A stretch of DNA of 33,249 nucleotides. Source: Catajapyx aquilonaris. Taxonomy: Eukaryota. Made by a program: the position numbers and the translations under genes. The stretch covers positions 186,001-219,249 of the forward strand of contig KZ537961.1 of assembly GCA_000934665.2 (NCBI GenBank), in the 5' to 3' direction. The notes under the pieces are model-generated. The model had not been told where the DNA came from, did not search any database, and worked only from the letters and a program-made list of their open reading frames with translations. Shown piece after piece: positions 1 through 10,710 of this stretch (its first letter is position 1; every line of letters begins with the position of its first letter).

Positions 1-1194
1 TATACTGCTGAAAAAAATACAGGGGAGTCCTACAATACATTGTAATGCAATGCCAACAGGACATTTATTTCAGTTTGGAAAGAAGATGCTTACGATAGAT
101 AAATTACAATGCTTGACTAGTCATCGCAACCACAGTCTTTTCAAATGAGTCAGCTCAAAATTCAGTTTTCATGTTTCACAACCATTACAACAAGTTCAAG
201 TGAAGCTAAATCACTGGAAGTAGACAGGCCATGGGAGTAGACACTCCCCTTTATTTTTCTTATATGAAAACAGATTACCAAAGCAATCACACTCCATGAC
301 TGACAACTTTTAGCAGAAACGGGATGGCCAATAACGTCTCACAGAATGCCAATAACTCAAGCATCCAACGGTCTTCGTTCATGTCAGGCACCTCTCCATC
401 AAGAATGAGTCTCCAATGATATTTTTGCTTGTATCATAAAACCAATCACTTTTCAAATAATTTGAATTTGGCATGAATGCCATGGGACCAACCATCTCTC
501 ATCCAGCCTCTGCATCATTAATTTGTCAATTCCTATCCTTACGTAAAAACCTGTGGTCCTCATGCTCTTACAAGGTCTGAGTGTTACCCCCCGTAGCACA
601 AGTTTACTTCCAATGCCTTTGATTGAAGCTACAAAATGGGATGAAATGAGACAAATGCATCACTGCTGACCTTGCCTCATCATGTATTCAGGGTGTTGAT
701 GGGTTCAGGTTAGACCCATATCAGATGAAACCATGTTCATTCGTGATTTAAGTTGGAATAATAGGTGAAGGTGGATGCAATGCATGCCAGTGTACACATT
801 CTGCGAGATTCTTACCTGTGATTCGAACTTGAGGCACAAGTGAGCATGGAATATCTACTTACGGTTATTTCTGATGACTTACGTCATGCAGTACAAATGA
901 CAAAGTCAGAGATTTTGCAATATTCAGGTAGATGAACTGTTAAATAACTGGCAGATTATCTGAATCAGTCACTCATTCAGCACACCTGGTTTGTCATGGT
1001 CAGCAGCAATGTTAGCACCAGAGAAGCCTACAGTACAAGCAGCAAAACTGTACTACAAATAATGCAATGCAAAATATAATTATCATTTTAAAATATATTG
1101 CATTTGTTATATTTAAATATATTTTGGCTGAGATGAAGTTGTGGGAATGTCATAATAACACATGAAATACATGAACACGAAAGAAAGAAATGGC

Positions 1195-4100
1195 CTATTC
1201 ACGCCGGGAGTGGAATGGAGCATCTTCTGAGGCCGAGTCACATTCGCTGTCCATGCACATCGACCCTTCCATTGCAGAGCCTGCCCATTTTTGCCTCTCT
1301 CCCGAGGCAAACAGGCCGTAGAACATAGCACCAGCTAGGTAGATGGCCGCGGATATGTAGAATACCACTTTCCATTCCGTAGGATTCTGCAGAATCAAAA
1401 AATTGACACTGCATACTGTCCAAACCTTCAATGATTCATGCTCATTTTGCCAGATACTGTATTACGGCAGGACAAAATTAAATCGTGACAAAAGGACTCA
1501 GGAGGAGGTACATGCACAACCTAATTTTGAGACGACATTACCAACTGTTTCAGGTAGGAGATTAATAACATTAACAACTTCATCAATTTGTATTAATGTT
1601 ATGGAACGGTGTCCATTGAGAAGCATAAAAACTACAAAGAATTTTCTTCGCTCTACCTGGTTATTTACAGCCTATCAGGTAGCAAGAGTAGCCTATCGAT
1701 GTGCTCTCTAAAGAACAGCACATGAGTATGCTACATTCAGTTATACTAAGCTAGGGGAGTACAACTACTTTAATATGGTTACACAAAGCATCACGTGGCC
1801 TCTGGTACAAAATCAAAACTATTATCTCACCTAGAAGCTGCCAATAATAAGCAAATAAACTTTGCAAAATTACTACCTTTTTCTCTTTCTCTTGGACACC
1901 TCACTGTATTGCTCAAATTCACCATGCGAAGCTTAAGTGTGTGCAGGGTGTCTCTTACTAGTGTGTCATCCGGAAGGCAGCATAATTGTTGGCCCAAAAG
2001 AAGACAAAAATGTAGCTAGGGGATAAATGTTGAGGGAACAACCAGCAACGAGGTAGACAAGCAGAAACCTTGGCCTGCCCCTAGTCAAGCACGACCACCC
2101 ACTCACAGAATCTTTGTAGGTAGATCACCTGGCAGATGGATCCACTCAGAACAGCTTACGCTGCAGGATATGAGAATGATAATATAATCATAACTGATGG
2201 GATTTTGTTAGGTCACCACCTTCATAGTTATGATTAACATACTCATATACCGCTCTCAAGGCAACTATTGTAGGGCAAGCTGGACTATCAGCCAGGTGAT
2301 CTCCCTACAAAAAGGTTGCTGAGTGAGGTGGCCATGCTTGTCTAGGGGCAGGCCAATATGTCTGGTTGTCCATCTCATTTCCAGTTGGTCCCTTGACATT
2401 CCTATCCACAACCTACTAAATTTTTGAATTGTTCTGGGCCATTAAGTATGCTGCCAGCCAAAGTATTAGTAAGAAACAAGCTGATGATAACATAATTATA
2501 CAGTCCATGGTTATCCAGTGGAAGAACTCAAGTAGCTTTTTGCAGACGCACCCTAATCTAGCAAGCCTGCAACTAGAGCCTGGAGAATTAACACCTGACT
2601 AAAACTATTGTACAGTACATTGTATGGATCTGGAAAGTACTGTACTAGCTTATTCTATCCAGTCCATATTTTCTCTTCTGATCATGGGTTGCAGGAAGCA
2701 GATGACATGGCTTGGCATAACTACTCTGCCACCCTAGCTGCCTGGGTCCCCTGCTTCCTGCAACCCACGATCTAGAATAAAAATGGACCAGAGAGAAATA
2801 AGCTTCCAGATCCATACAATTTACAGTAATAAGAGGCACCCAGAACCAGAAGTTGTCAAGTCAGGTTTTTTGAAAAATCGAGTTAATCCCATGGTTTGCA
2901 TCCTGAAGGCCAGTACTATAATGGTTCAAAATTACTTCTCGATCAGAAAACGGCAAGTCGAGCAAATGATAGACGGGTCGTATTGAACGGAGTTCCATAT
3001 TTGTAACAGACACTGTTATGTCAGCCTTTTTGGGTCAGAAGTCAAGCTCTTTCTGCGTCAGAAAAGTTGATTACGCTGGGAGTTAGTTGTGGTGACATGT
3101 GGAAAATGATGTAGTAAAGAGAAAAAATGATGCGTGATGTACATCAAAGCCATATGATGTGTGTCTGATGATATGTTATTATTGTATAGTGAAATATTCA
3201 AACCTAGTGACAACTTTTCATTCATTTTTGGTCAAAAGTTGTTAAGTGGTGATTTAAAACTCTTGTGCCACGCATACTGTATGACTCATATGCGAAAAAT
3301 ATTACAACACAATATCATATACCTCCAAACCAAAAAAATTCATTCATTTTTATTGATATCTTGGTATTTCAAAACTGTTTTGAAAACTTTGACTGGCTCT
3401 CATTAAAAACTTAGAAACAGTGACTTAGCAACTTCTGATTCTGGGTGCGTCTTGTGGCTACATGACTGACTTGTGAGTTCTAATGGTCCACTTCGATTGC
3501 ACTGATGTGTGGACCTCTCTATCCTGATAATAATATTTGCCTTTTTTGGAATTTCGCAGCATTATTGCCTCCATGTCTCCAACCTCTCCACGAACTCTAT
3601 TAACACATGTGCTAACCTTGCAGGAAAAGAAACATTGCAACAAATGCACTTAAGTGAATATAAACTATTCATGACCATGACATTTTCAGAGAAAGAGCAT
3701 GTTATATTGAAGGCACTAAAACTACAAATGACATTTAAAAATGGTAAATTTTAGAGAGCTAGTTGTTTTGTACCACCGTCGCATTTAGTTTCATAGATGC
3801 TTCAGAAAATCTTCAATAAATTCACTTGAAAATTCAAAGATTAGCATATTATAATAACAAGTTCGCTACTTTACCTGATGCTGCACAATGACCCCAGTGA
3901 GTGTCGGACTGATGATACCAGGCAGAGTGGCAAATGTGTTAGAAATTCCCATGAGGATGCTGGCATACTGCGGTGCCACATCCAGGTGATTCACGCTGAA
4001 CCCAGACCAAGCGAAACCTCCAAATCCTACGGCTAGAGTGATAAATGTGATGGCAGCTGCCGCACTGGTCATGTAAGCAGCAATCAGCATGAAGAAGGTC

Positions 4101-5936
4101 TGAGCCACAAATGCACCACAATTGAAGCTCTTCCTCACTTGGGTGGTGGTTAGATAGCTGCGGGACAGGAGGCAGTCTGCCAGGTGACCACCAGCCTGGA
4201 CCACTATGGTCATTGCCAAATATGGGAGTGCAGAGAGGTAGCCGATACTGCTCAGGTCAATACCGAATGAATCTGTAGAGAATTAAAAACATGACTATAG
4301 TACAAAAGAAGCAGCATAAGGGAAATATGTTATTGGCAGACAAATTATGTAGATCAGATCTGTTACATGCAGCATCAAGATAGTGTACTTATACACTCTC
4401 TTTAGGAAGTGATCAGCTTCAAAATCTCAAATGTTAGTAATCAGAACTATCCTCTACTTTCCAATACCTCGCACAAATGTTGGTAGTTCAGTAAGGAGGG
4501 TGTAAAAGCCCCAGTTTTCAGTGAAGTGTGCTACAGTAATAGCCCACACAGGTGCGGAAGTCAAGAAGCACTTCCATGGGATTGGCTGACTCTGAAAATA
4601 CAAATATGCAGTGGATCTTACACTCAGCCCCAAATAAATCGTTAAGATGATTCATAACTAAAGTTGGACAGATATTCTATAAAAACGCACTAAAATTTGC
4701 ATGTATAGTCACAAACAAAAAGATCAACACAACTGTTCATGGAATGCTCAAAAGTTCCCCAAAATGCTGGGAAGAATTTGTAGCAGCATGCCACCATAAA
4801 ATGCAGTTGACCTGGGTAGCAGGCTGGGCTGTAAAAAGTGGGGCAAATTTGGTGATCCTCCTTCCCTTAACAATTCTGATATTTTCACTTTAACCACCAT
4901 TAAATGTCTGCAATAATGCTTTGTGTGGAGAGACGAAGTGACTCCCAGGCCAGAAGTATAAATGTCAACTCTCGTGTCAACTCAGCCTCATTAATAAAAA
5001 TGAACATTTCTCAGAAAGTGAGAAGATCACATGTAGTTAGACCTATGATGGTAATGATCCTCACCACTTCATCGTCATCTGGTGGACCAATGCTGACCCT
5101 AATGTAGTGCAATTCACTCTCAGAGATGTTGGTGTCATCTTGCGGCCTCTCTGCAACACACCACCACCACAGTGCGCACCAAAGCATGGCCAGAAGCCCA
5201 GTAACGTAGAAGACAGACTGCCAGCCCACTCTCTCTGCTAGTACCCCTGACAGAGGCATAGCTAATACTGTTCCCATGTAGCTGCCTGAGAAGGCCAGCG
5301 TGGCCAGTCGGGAGCGCTCCAGGGGAGGAGCCCACCGGCTCCATATTGTGTGAATAGATGGGTACGTCACACCCTGCAAAACCAAATAATATTAGCTACC
5401 ACATCCTCTAGAAATAGTAAGTTATGACCTTTCACCCTAAATCACAGTACCTCAAAAAGTCCCTCCAAAACCCTGACAGCCACTAGGAGATATATACTTC
5501 CAGCAGCAGCCAAGGGTGTCACCAGAGTCAGAAGTGCCGTGGAAAATACGCCAAACCCGAACAGCCTCTTCCCTCCAAGCCTCGGAGCAAGCCACCCACC
5601 AGGAATCTGTGTGACCATGTACCCATAAAAGAAAGCGCTGAGAACTACCCCTTGCGTCTTTGAATCCATGTCAAAATCCCGCTCCCAAGTCAAATTCCCA
5701 TCAGAATCGACGACGGTCCGGTTTGAATTCATTGCCACCAGAGCAATCCCCAGGTTCACTCTCATTGCGTAAATGTTGCAGAAACCGAGGAAGGCCAGGG
5801 TGGCCACCAGGTAGCGGCGGGGGATGGACCGGCGGTACCATGGCCTCTCTTTGTAGCCCAGGTCCGTGTAGAAATCTCCAAGCTGGGACTGGGTTGCACG
5901 CAGACCAGAACCTTCCGTCAAGCTGCTGTACGGCAT
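1195..5936 (-). CDS. SLC17-family MFS anion transporter (sialin-like), 5 coding exons, ~502 aa
   Basis: Exons 5936-5451, 5373-5065, 4591-4468, 4272-3875 and 1386-1195 join in frame via GT-AG introns (1509 nt). SLC17 motifs: [100 protein letters not shown]. The VGLUT TM7 arginine (ANFCRSW) is absent, so it is sialin-like rather than VGLUT. Confidence 0.92.
1950..2477. mobile_element. Degenerate foldback/MITE-like inverted repeat in last SLC17 intron
   Basis: ~1976-2146 is a diverged reverse complement of ~2278-2455 (e.g. TTGGCCTGCCCCTAGTCAAGCA vs TGCTTGTCTAGGGGCAGGCCAA). Outer limits are approximate. Confidence 0.7.
2611..2828. mobile_element. TA-flanked hairpin MITE (Tc1/mariner-type termini)
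   Basis: TACAGTACATTGTATGGATCTGGAA ... TTCCAGATCCATACAATTTACAGTA. The inverted arms continue inward (GATCATGGGTTGCAGGAAGCAG / CTGCTTCCTGCAACCCACGATC). Confidence 0.75.
2831..3453. mobile_element. Putative non-autonomous TIR element
   Basis: 33-nt imperfect inverted repeats AAGAGGCACCCAGAACCAGAAGTTGTCAAGTCA (2831-2863) and TGACTTAGCAACTTCTGATTCTGGGTGCGTCTT (3421-3453); no coding interior. Confidence 0.55.
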
Positions 5937-6433
5937 CGTCTGTAACTCAGCTTAGTACTCCAAAGCCATAGTTCTGAAACTAAATTAACTTCATTGTAAT
6001 GCGGTTAAACCCAATCTCCCCAGATGATATTACCTGTCAGCGGATATCAGGTGTGGACACATCCAGCCAATCAATCCATATGGCCACCTGTTCCCCTCTC
6101 CCGATGCGACCTTGCCCTGCTCTTCTCCCCACACTTCCCTTGCCCTTCCCTCCCTCCCAACTAATTTACCAGCCGACTAATTCCCACCAGACAATCAGAC
6201 ATCGTTAGCCCCACTTCCTAATTAAATCACACGCAAAAAAAATGTCCGCAGACACAGGGAGTAGGCCCCGTCACAATGAGTCACAAATGAAACCGTGGCC
6301 TACTGCCTGTGCTCAAAGCGGGAATTTTCAAAAGCATATCTAAAGAACAATATATTTGCTGTAAAATGAAAATCCATATGTTATTTACTGGCCTGCATTT
6401 CCCCACGTTTACAAAATGCTCCGTTGTGACACA

Positions 6434-8939
6434 TCATGCGGTATGATGATTTCTATTCTGTCGTTCAAACACAATGACGAGCTCGCAGTGCTTCGTGTGT
6501 GGGAACATGTCAACTGGGACGGCAAGTCTGGGGACAAATGGAAGGGCCTTTTGCTTGGAATCTTGTTTGCACAGTTGGACAAAGTTCTGCATGGCCACTC
6601 CCTCAGGTTTACACGACACGTACACCAGCCGCTGAATCTGTGGGCAGTTTCGCAGGGTCTGCACCACGTGTGGATCTGATAATAGAATGTGAGTTTGTAG
6701 TCAGTCATGGTCTATTTGGTACAATGTGGCAGTACTTACGCAGACCGGCACGTGCAGGATTAACAATGGCGACTATATCCGGTGATGATTCCAGATCCTT
6801 TAATAGTCTTGGAATCTTCTGTGCTCCAAGTAAAAAATAATTTGCATTAGCATAAAACTACCATTATTTTCACTTTCACGACTTACATCTTCAGCCCTCC
6901 CTCTAACAAACTCCACATTGTCAATTCCGTTTGCTTCCGCATTGGCCCATGCATCCCTAACTGCATCTGCCACAACCTCCACTCCGGCGCAACCCCTCAC
7001 ATATGATGACATGTAGAGACTGATAGTTCCAGTTCCGCAGCAGACATCCAGCACCGAGCTCATGCGGGTGACTCCAGACAGACCCAGAACTGTTTTGTAC
7101 AGTACACGAGCAGCCATTGTGTTCACCTGGAAGAAGGAGTCTGGAGAGATTCGGAACTTCAGGTGGTCCAGCTCCTCCACCAAGTAGGGATCGCCATGAA
7201 GCAGCTCGAATGGAGCCTGCTCATGAGTGCAACGGGTGTGTCGGCTGGAAAAAAATACACATACGCTCAGATGAAATTCCAGAATCTAGCATGCCATGCA
7301 CTCATTCTGAAACCATCGCACTAATTAATAGTGACGATTTTATAAAATCAAATTAAATTGAAATCTCAAGTACTGGTATTGGTAAGCCAATATGAGCACA
7401 GCGAGGGTTTTTCTAGTACTGTGGTTAAAAAGTTATACCCTACCAGGCTTGGAAGTAAAGTGATGTGATTCCTGGCTCTTGTTCTAGGAAGTGCTCCTTC
7501 AGCTTCTCCTTTTCCTCCTCAATTCCCTCTCTCGTCATGTCTTGAGGATGCATGACCACAACAGCCATGATGTCACCCTTCTCGTTTGACCTCACAATCA
7601 GGTTTCGCCAGTGTCCCCCATCATCAAGACGGTCACATGCAGGAAGAGGTGACGCTTGGATGTATTTCTCATAAATCTGAAACAAGGCAAGTTAAAATTT
7701 TATGCTTGTCTTGCAGTTTTATAAGACCACGGTACCTTACAGTATGCGGATAATTCATTATTTAATAATAATAATTCATAATTCATACCCCGTTATCAGC
7801 CTATCGGCTCTTAAGGGGCGAAGTTTTGTTTTGCCTGGAACTCTTTGCTTTCATTTTACTGCGCTTTTTTGGGGGGATAGGATAGGGACGGAATGAAGCG
7901 GCTGTGGCCTATTAATTATGGAAGCAACTCCAGAATTTTCCTGGAAGAACCGTGGGAAACCACAGAAAACCACGGTCAGAGTTGCCGGCCCCGGGATTCG
8001 AACCCAGGACCTCCCGATTAGCAGTCGGACGCCTTATCCACTATGACAACCTGCTTCGGTGCACTAATTCATTACTTATAACAAGAGTAAAGCGCTTCAA
8101 GTGAGCTCACATGTGCCATGCGCTTATGTGATTCCCGTGTGTTGATCAACTGGTCCGGCCTCACGCAAAGTGGATTCCCAGTGGCAGGACTGCCAGTGAA
8201 GAACCCGACAGTCTTTGGGTTTCCATCAGGACCACAGCGAACACTGAATTCATCCTTATTGCGGTATGCTTCTGTAACAGGCTGAAATATGAAGTAAAGT
8301 AGGATTAATATCAAGCTCCGACATTTCAAGCGACTCCTAAAAGAACTCAAAATGAGTTATATCATCAAATATTTAGCAGCTGAGGCATATATGCACTTTC
8401 ATAGACAAACACTATGAATACTAGATCTGGGAACTAGCCCTTTCCAGTGCCAGCGACATACCGAGGGTTGTATCTGTGCCACACGGCAGGGCATTTCCTT
8501 CTTCCATGTTTTGATAGGCGTCTTGAGTCGCCTAAGATGACCGGTGAGTTCCTTCAAAACGTCGCAGCTCTGCTGATACTTGAGCTCCAGCTGCTCCTTA
8601 TACGGCATACTCCACAACGGAGTGACCACATCCCGCAGCATCCCCTCCGCCTCCTCCTCCGACACCCTTTGCTGAGATTCATTCTTCAGGTCCCCCTCGT
8701 CCACATGCACCTCGTCCTGATCCCCATGCTCATGTGAGACTGGGTATGTCCTATGAAAATACACATGTGTTACACCAACTGCTCACCCATAGGATGTCGT
8801 GCAATATTGTGTGCACATACCTGGCCCGTATTCCTCTGAGTGTCCTGGCCGGTTGAAACACCACTGTTGAGCGGACAAGTGTCAATCTGAAGAGGAAGTA
8901 ACCTCGCCGCATGGCCGTGGGTACTGTGGGCGCCGCCAT
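6434..8939 (-). CDS. TRMT2B: tRNA (uracil-5-)-methyltransferase, TRMT2B-like (probably mitochondrial), 7 exons, ~496 aa
   Basis: Exons 8939-8821, 8750-8462, 8281-8111, 7676-7444, 7244-6887, 6818-6740 and 6675-6434 join in frame (1491 nt). Motifs: YRNKDEF, FRISPDSFFQVN, SAM motif VLDVCCGTGTI, VNPARAGL (TRMT2B-type; TRMT2A has DPPRAGL), catalytic YVSCK, PVDMFPHTKHCE. The Arg-rich, acid-free N-terminus resembles a mitochondrial presequence. Confidence 0.88.
7883..8060 (-). mobile_element. tRNA-derived SINE in TRMT2B intron 3
   Basis: Minus strand begins with a tRNA-like head: A-box-like TGTCATAGTGG and B-box GGTTCGAATCCC. There is no acceptor stem. A non-tRNA body follows (GGTTTTCTGTGGTTTCCC...TAGGCCACAGCCGCTTCATTCC). 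Confidence 0.7.
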
Positions 8940-9137
8940 CTTGGAAACTACCGCCCTGACATCTGGCGGGAAAATGGGTTCAAAAGTGCGCCAAAATTTA
9001 AACATTGGTCACACTGACTCGCCTCTAAGCAACGCAATAAATAAGTATAATATGTACCTTATATTTAAAAAAAAATTGTGCTTAATTTCTAGTTGAATTA
9101 AACAGCATGCATGTTTGACTCAAGCTGGATATCCGCC
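8940..9137. promoter_or_regulatory. Short divergent (bidirectional) promoter region between TRMT2B and CA-like gene 1
   Basis: Only 198 nt separate the two divergent ATGs (8939 minus, 9138 plus). A YY1-type motif AAGATGGCGG overlaps the TRMT2B start codon. Confidence 0.55.
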
Positions 9138-10579
9138 ATGAAGGAATTTTGGATTTGCGTTTGTATTCTTCTTCTGCTGCCAGGTGAGTTTCGTTTCACA
9201 ACAAGCTGTTGAATTTTTGTCTCACTGACAGTGAGTGAAAGCTTTTCAATATCTACACACATTTCTCTTCCTTAATAGGTAGTATAATGGATGATTGGAC
9301 TTGGACTTATTCAGGGGAAAAGGGTAAGTGCTTTTCAAGTGATGTTGAAGTTAAGGCAGCAGAATTTAACCTGAAAGATAACTTCCATTGTGTCCTACAC
9401 ATTCAGGTCCTAAGAACTGGGTGGAAACGTGCTCTGAGAGAGATGTTGCTCAGCAATCGCCAATTAACATCATAGCTAGCAGTACTGATGAAAGTGTAGA
9501 CGGTGTCCCTCTCATACAGTTTTCACCTGCGTATTCTGTGGCGATTAACGTGACATTATATAATGCAGATAAATTTGGTGAGTTTATTTTAGATTGGACT
9601 TTAACTTTTTTGAATAGATAACAAAATAAACTTCGCGTTGTTCCCCATATCGATGCAGTGAAACTGTCGTTTCCTGACTCTAAGCCTGAAGCTACTGATA
9701 ACCCCAATGCCCTATATGTCACTATGAAAGGAGTAGGTGTCCACTACTTGGACTACATAGGATTTCACTGGGGTTCCAAATACGCGGATGGCAGCGAACA
9801 TAAGATTGACTCTGAGAGGTACGATTTCGCCTTGTTTCACTGCAATTTGGGCGTCCAATCCAAGCAGCCGACTCAAATGGATACGTGCTTTATTTCAGCT
9901 ATTCAATGGAGGTGCAATTTATACATAAGCCTTCAAAACCATCACAAAAGGCAAGCGAGTTTAACTTAGCCATCCTCTTCAAGGTAATGAGATGTTTGTT
10001 ACTACTGCACTGCTACAAACCACGTAAGTGACGCTAATATTTTTACATCTGTTACAGGCTGGATTGTATGATAATCCGAAGTACTCACCAATTACGAACG
10101 AACTTCCCCGTATCAAACAACCGAACACCTTCATCCACTTCAAGTTGAGACGTCTGAGGGACATACTTCCAAAGGATTTGGAAACGTTTTTTTACTACGA
10201 AGGGACACAGACCATTCCCCCGTGCAATCCAAGGGTCATGTGGGTTGTGTTCAAAGAGGTGCTGCCAATATCCGAATATCAGGTATTTCAAGTACAGTAT
10301 TCGACTGTTAATACCAGCCTCTCATATTATGACCCTGGTTCTCAGATACACCAGTTATGGTCTCTTCTTGATGCAAATCATAGGGGAATGCATATCGCTC
10401 GCAGAAATGTCCAGCAGAGAATTAACATAAAGCCCGTTCAATACAGAAACGACCCAAACAATCCAAACAACCCAAACAACCCCAAAAATAACCCATACAA
10501 CTCAGCTTGTGTCAACAGTATCAGCATAATGTGCATGGGGCTATCATTTGCTTTTTGGATCATTTTGTACAATAAATAA
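9138..10579 (+). CDS. Alpha-carbonic anhydrase-related protein 1 (signal peptide, hydrophobic C-tail, predicted acatalytic), 7 exons, ~321 aa
   Basis: Exons 9138-9183, 9279-9323, 9407-9577, 9659-9818, 9899-9983, 10058-10282 and 10346-10579 join in frame. Alpha-CA motifs: WTYSG..GPKNW, QSPINI, FHWG...GSEHKID, YSMEVQFIH, FFYYEGTQTIPPC...VMWVVF, RNVQ. AATAAA lies at the stop. Confidence 0.88.
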
Positions 10580-10710
10580 AATTTTCAGTGCTGTGAGTCT
10601 CTAAGCAACGCATCATCAACTAGCCGCTGGAATCTCTATAGTTGAATTTAATAGCACGCAACTGAATTCACTTGACACTTAGGACAATCGGTCTTTGCTG
10701 GACATCAGTC

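Noticed and set aside
1195..5936. Calling the SLC17 gene VGLUT or SLC17A5
   Set aside because: It lacks the VGLUT TM7 Arg, and invertebrate SLC17 families are expanded, so orthology cannot be assigned by eye.
7985..8060. tRNA-like sequences here and at ~20870-20950 as tRNA genes
   Set aside because: A/B boxes are present but there is no paired acceptor stem; treated as SINE heads.
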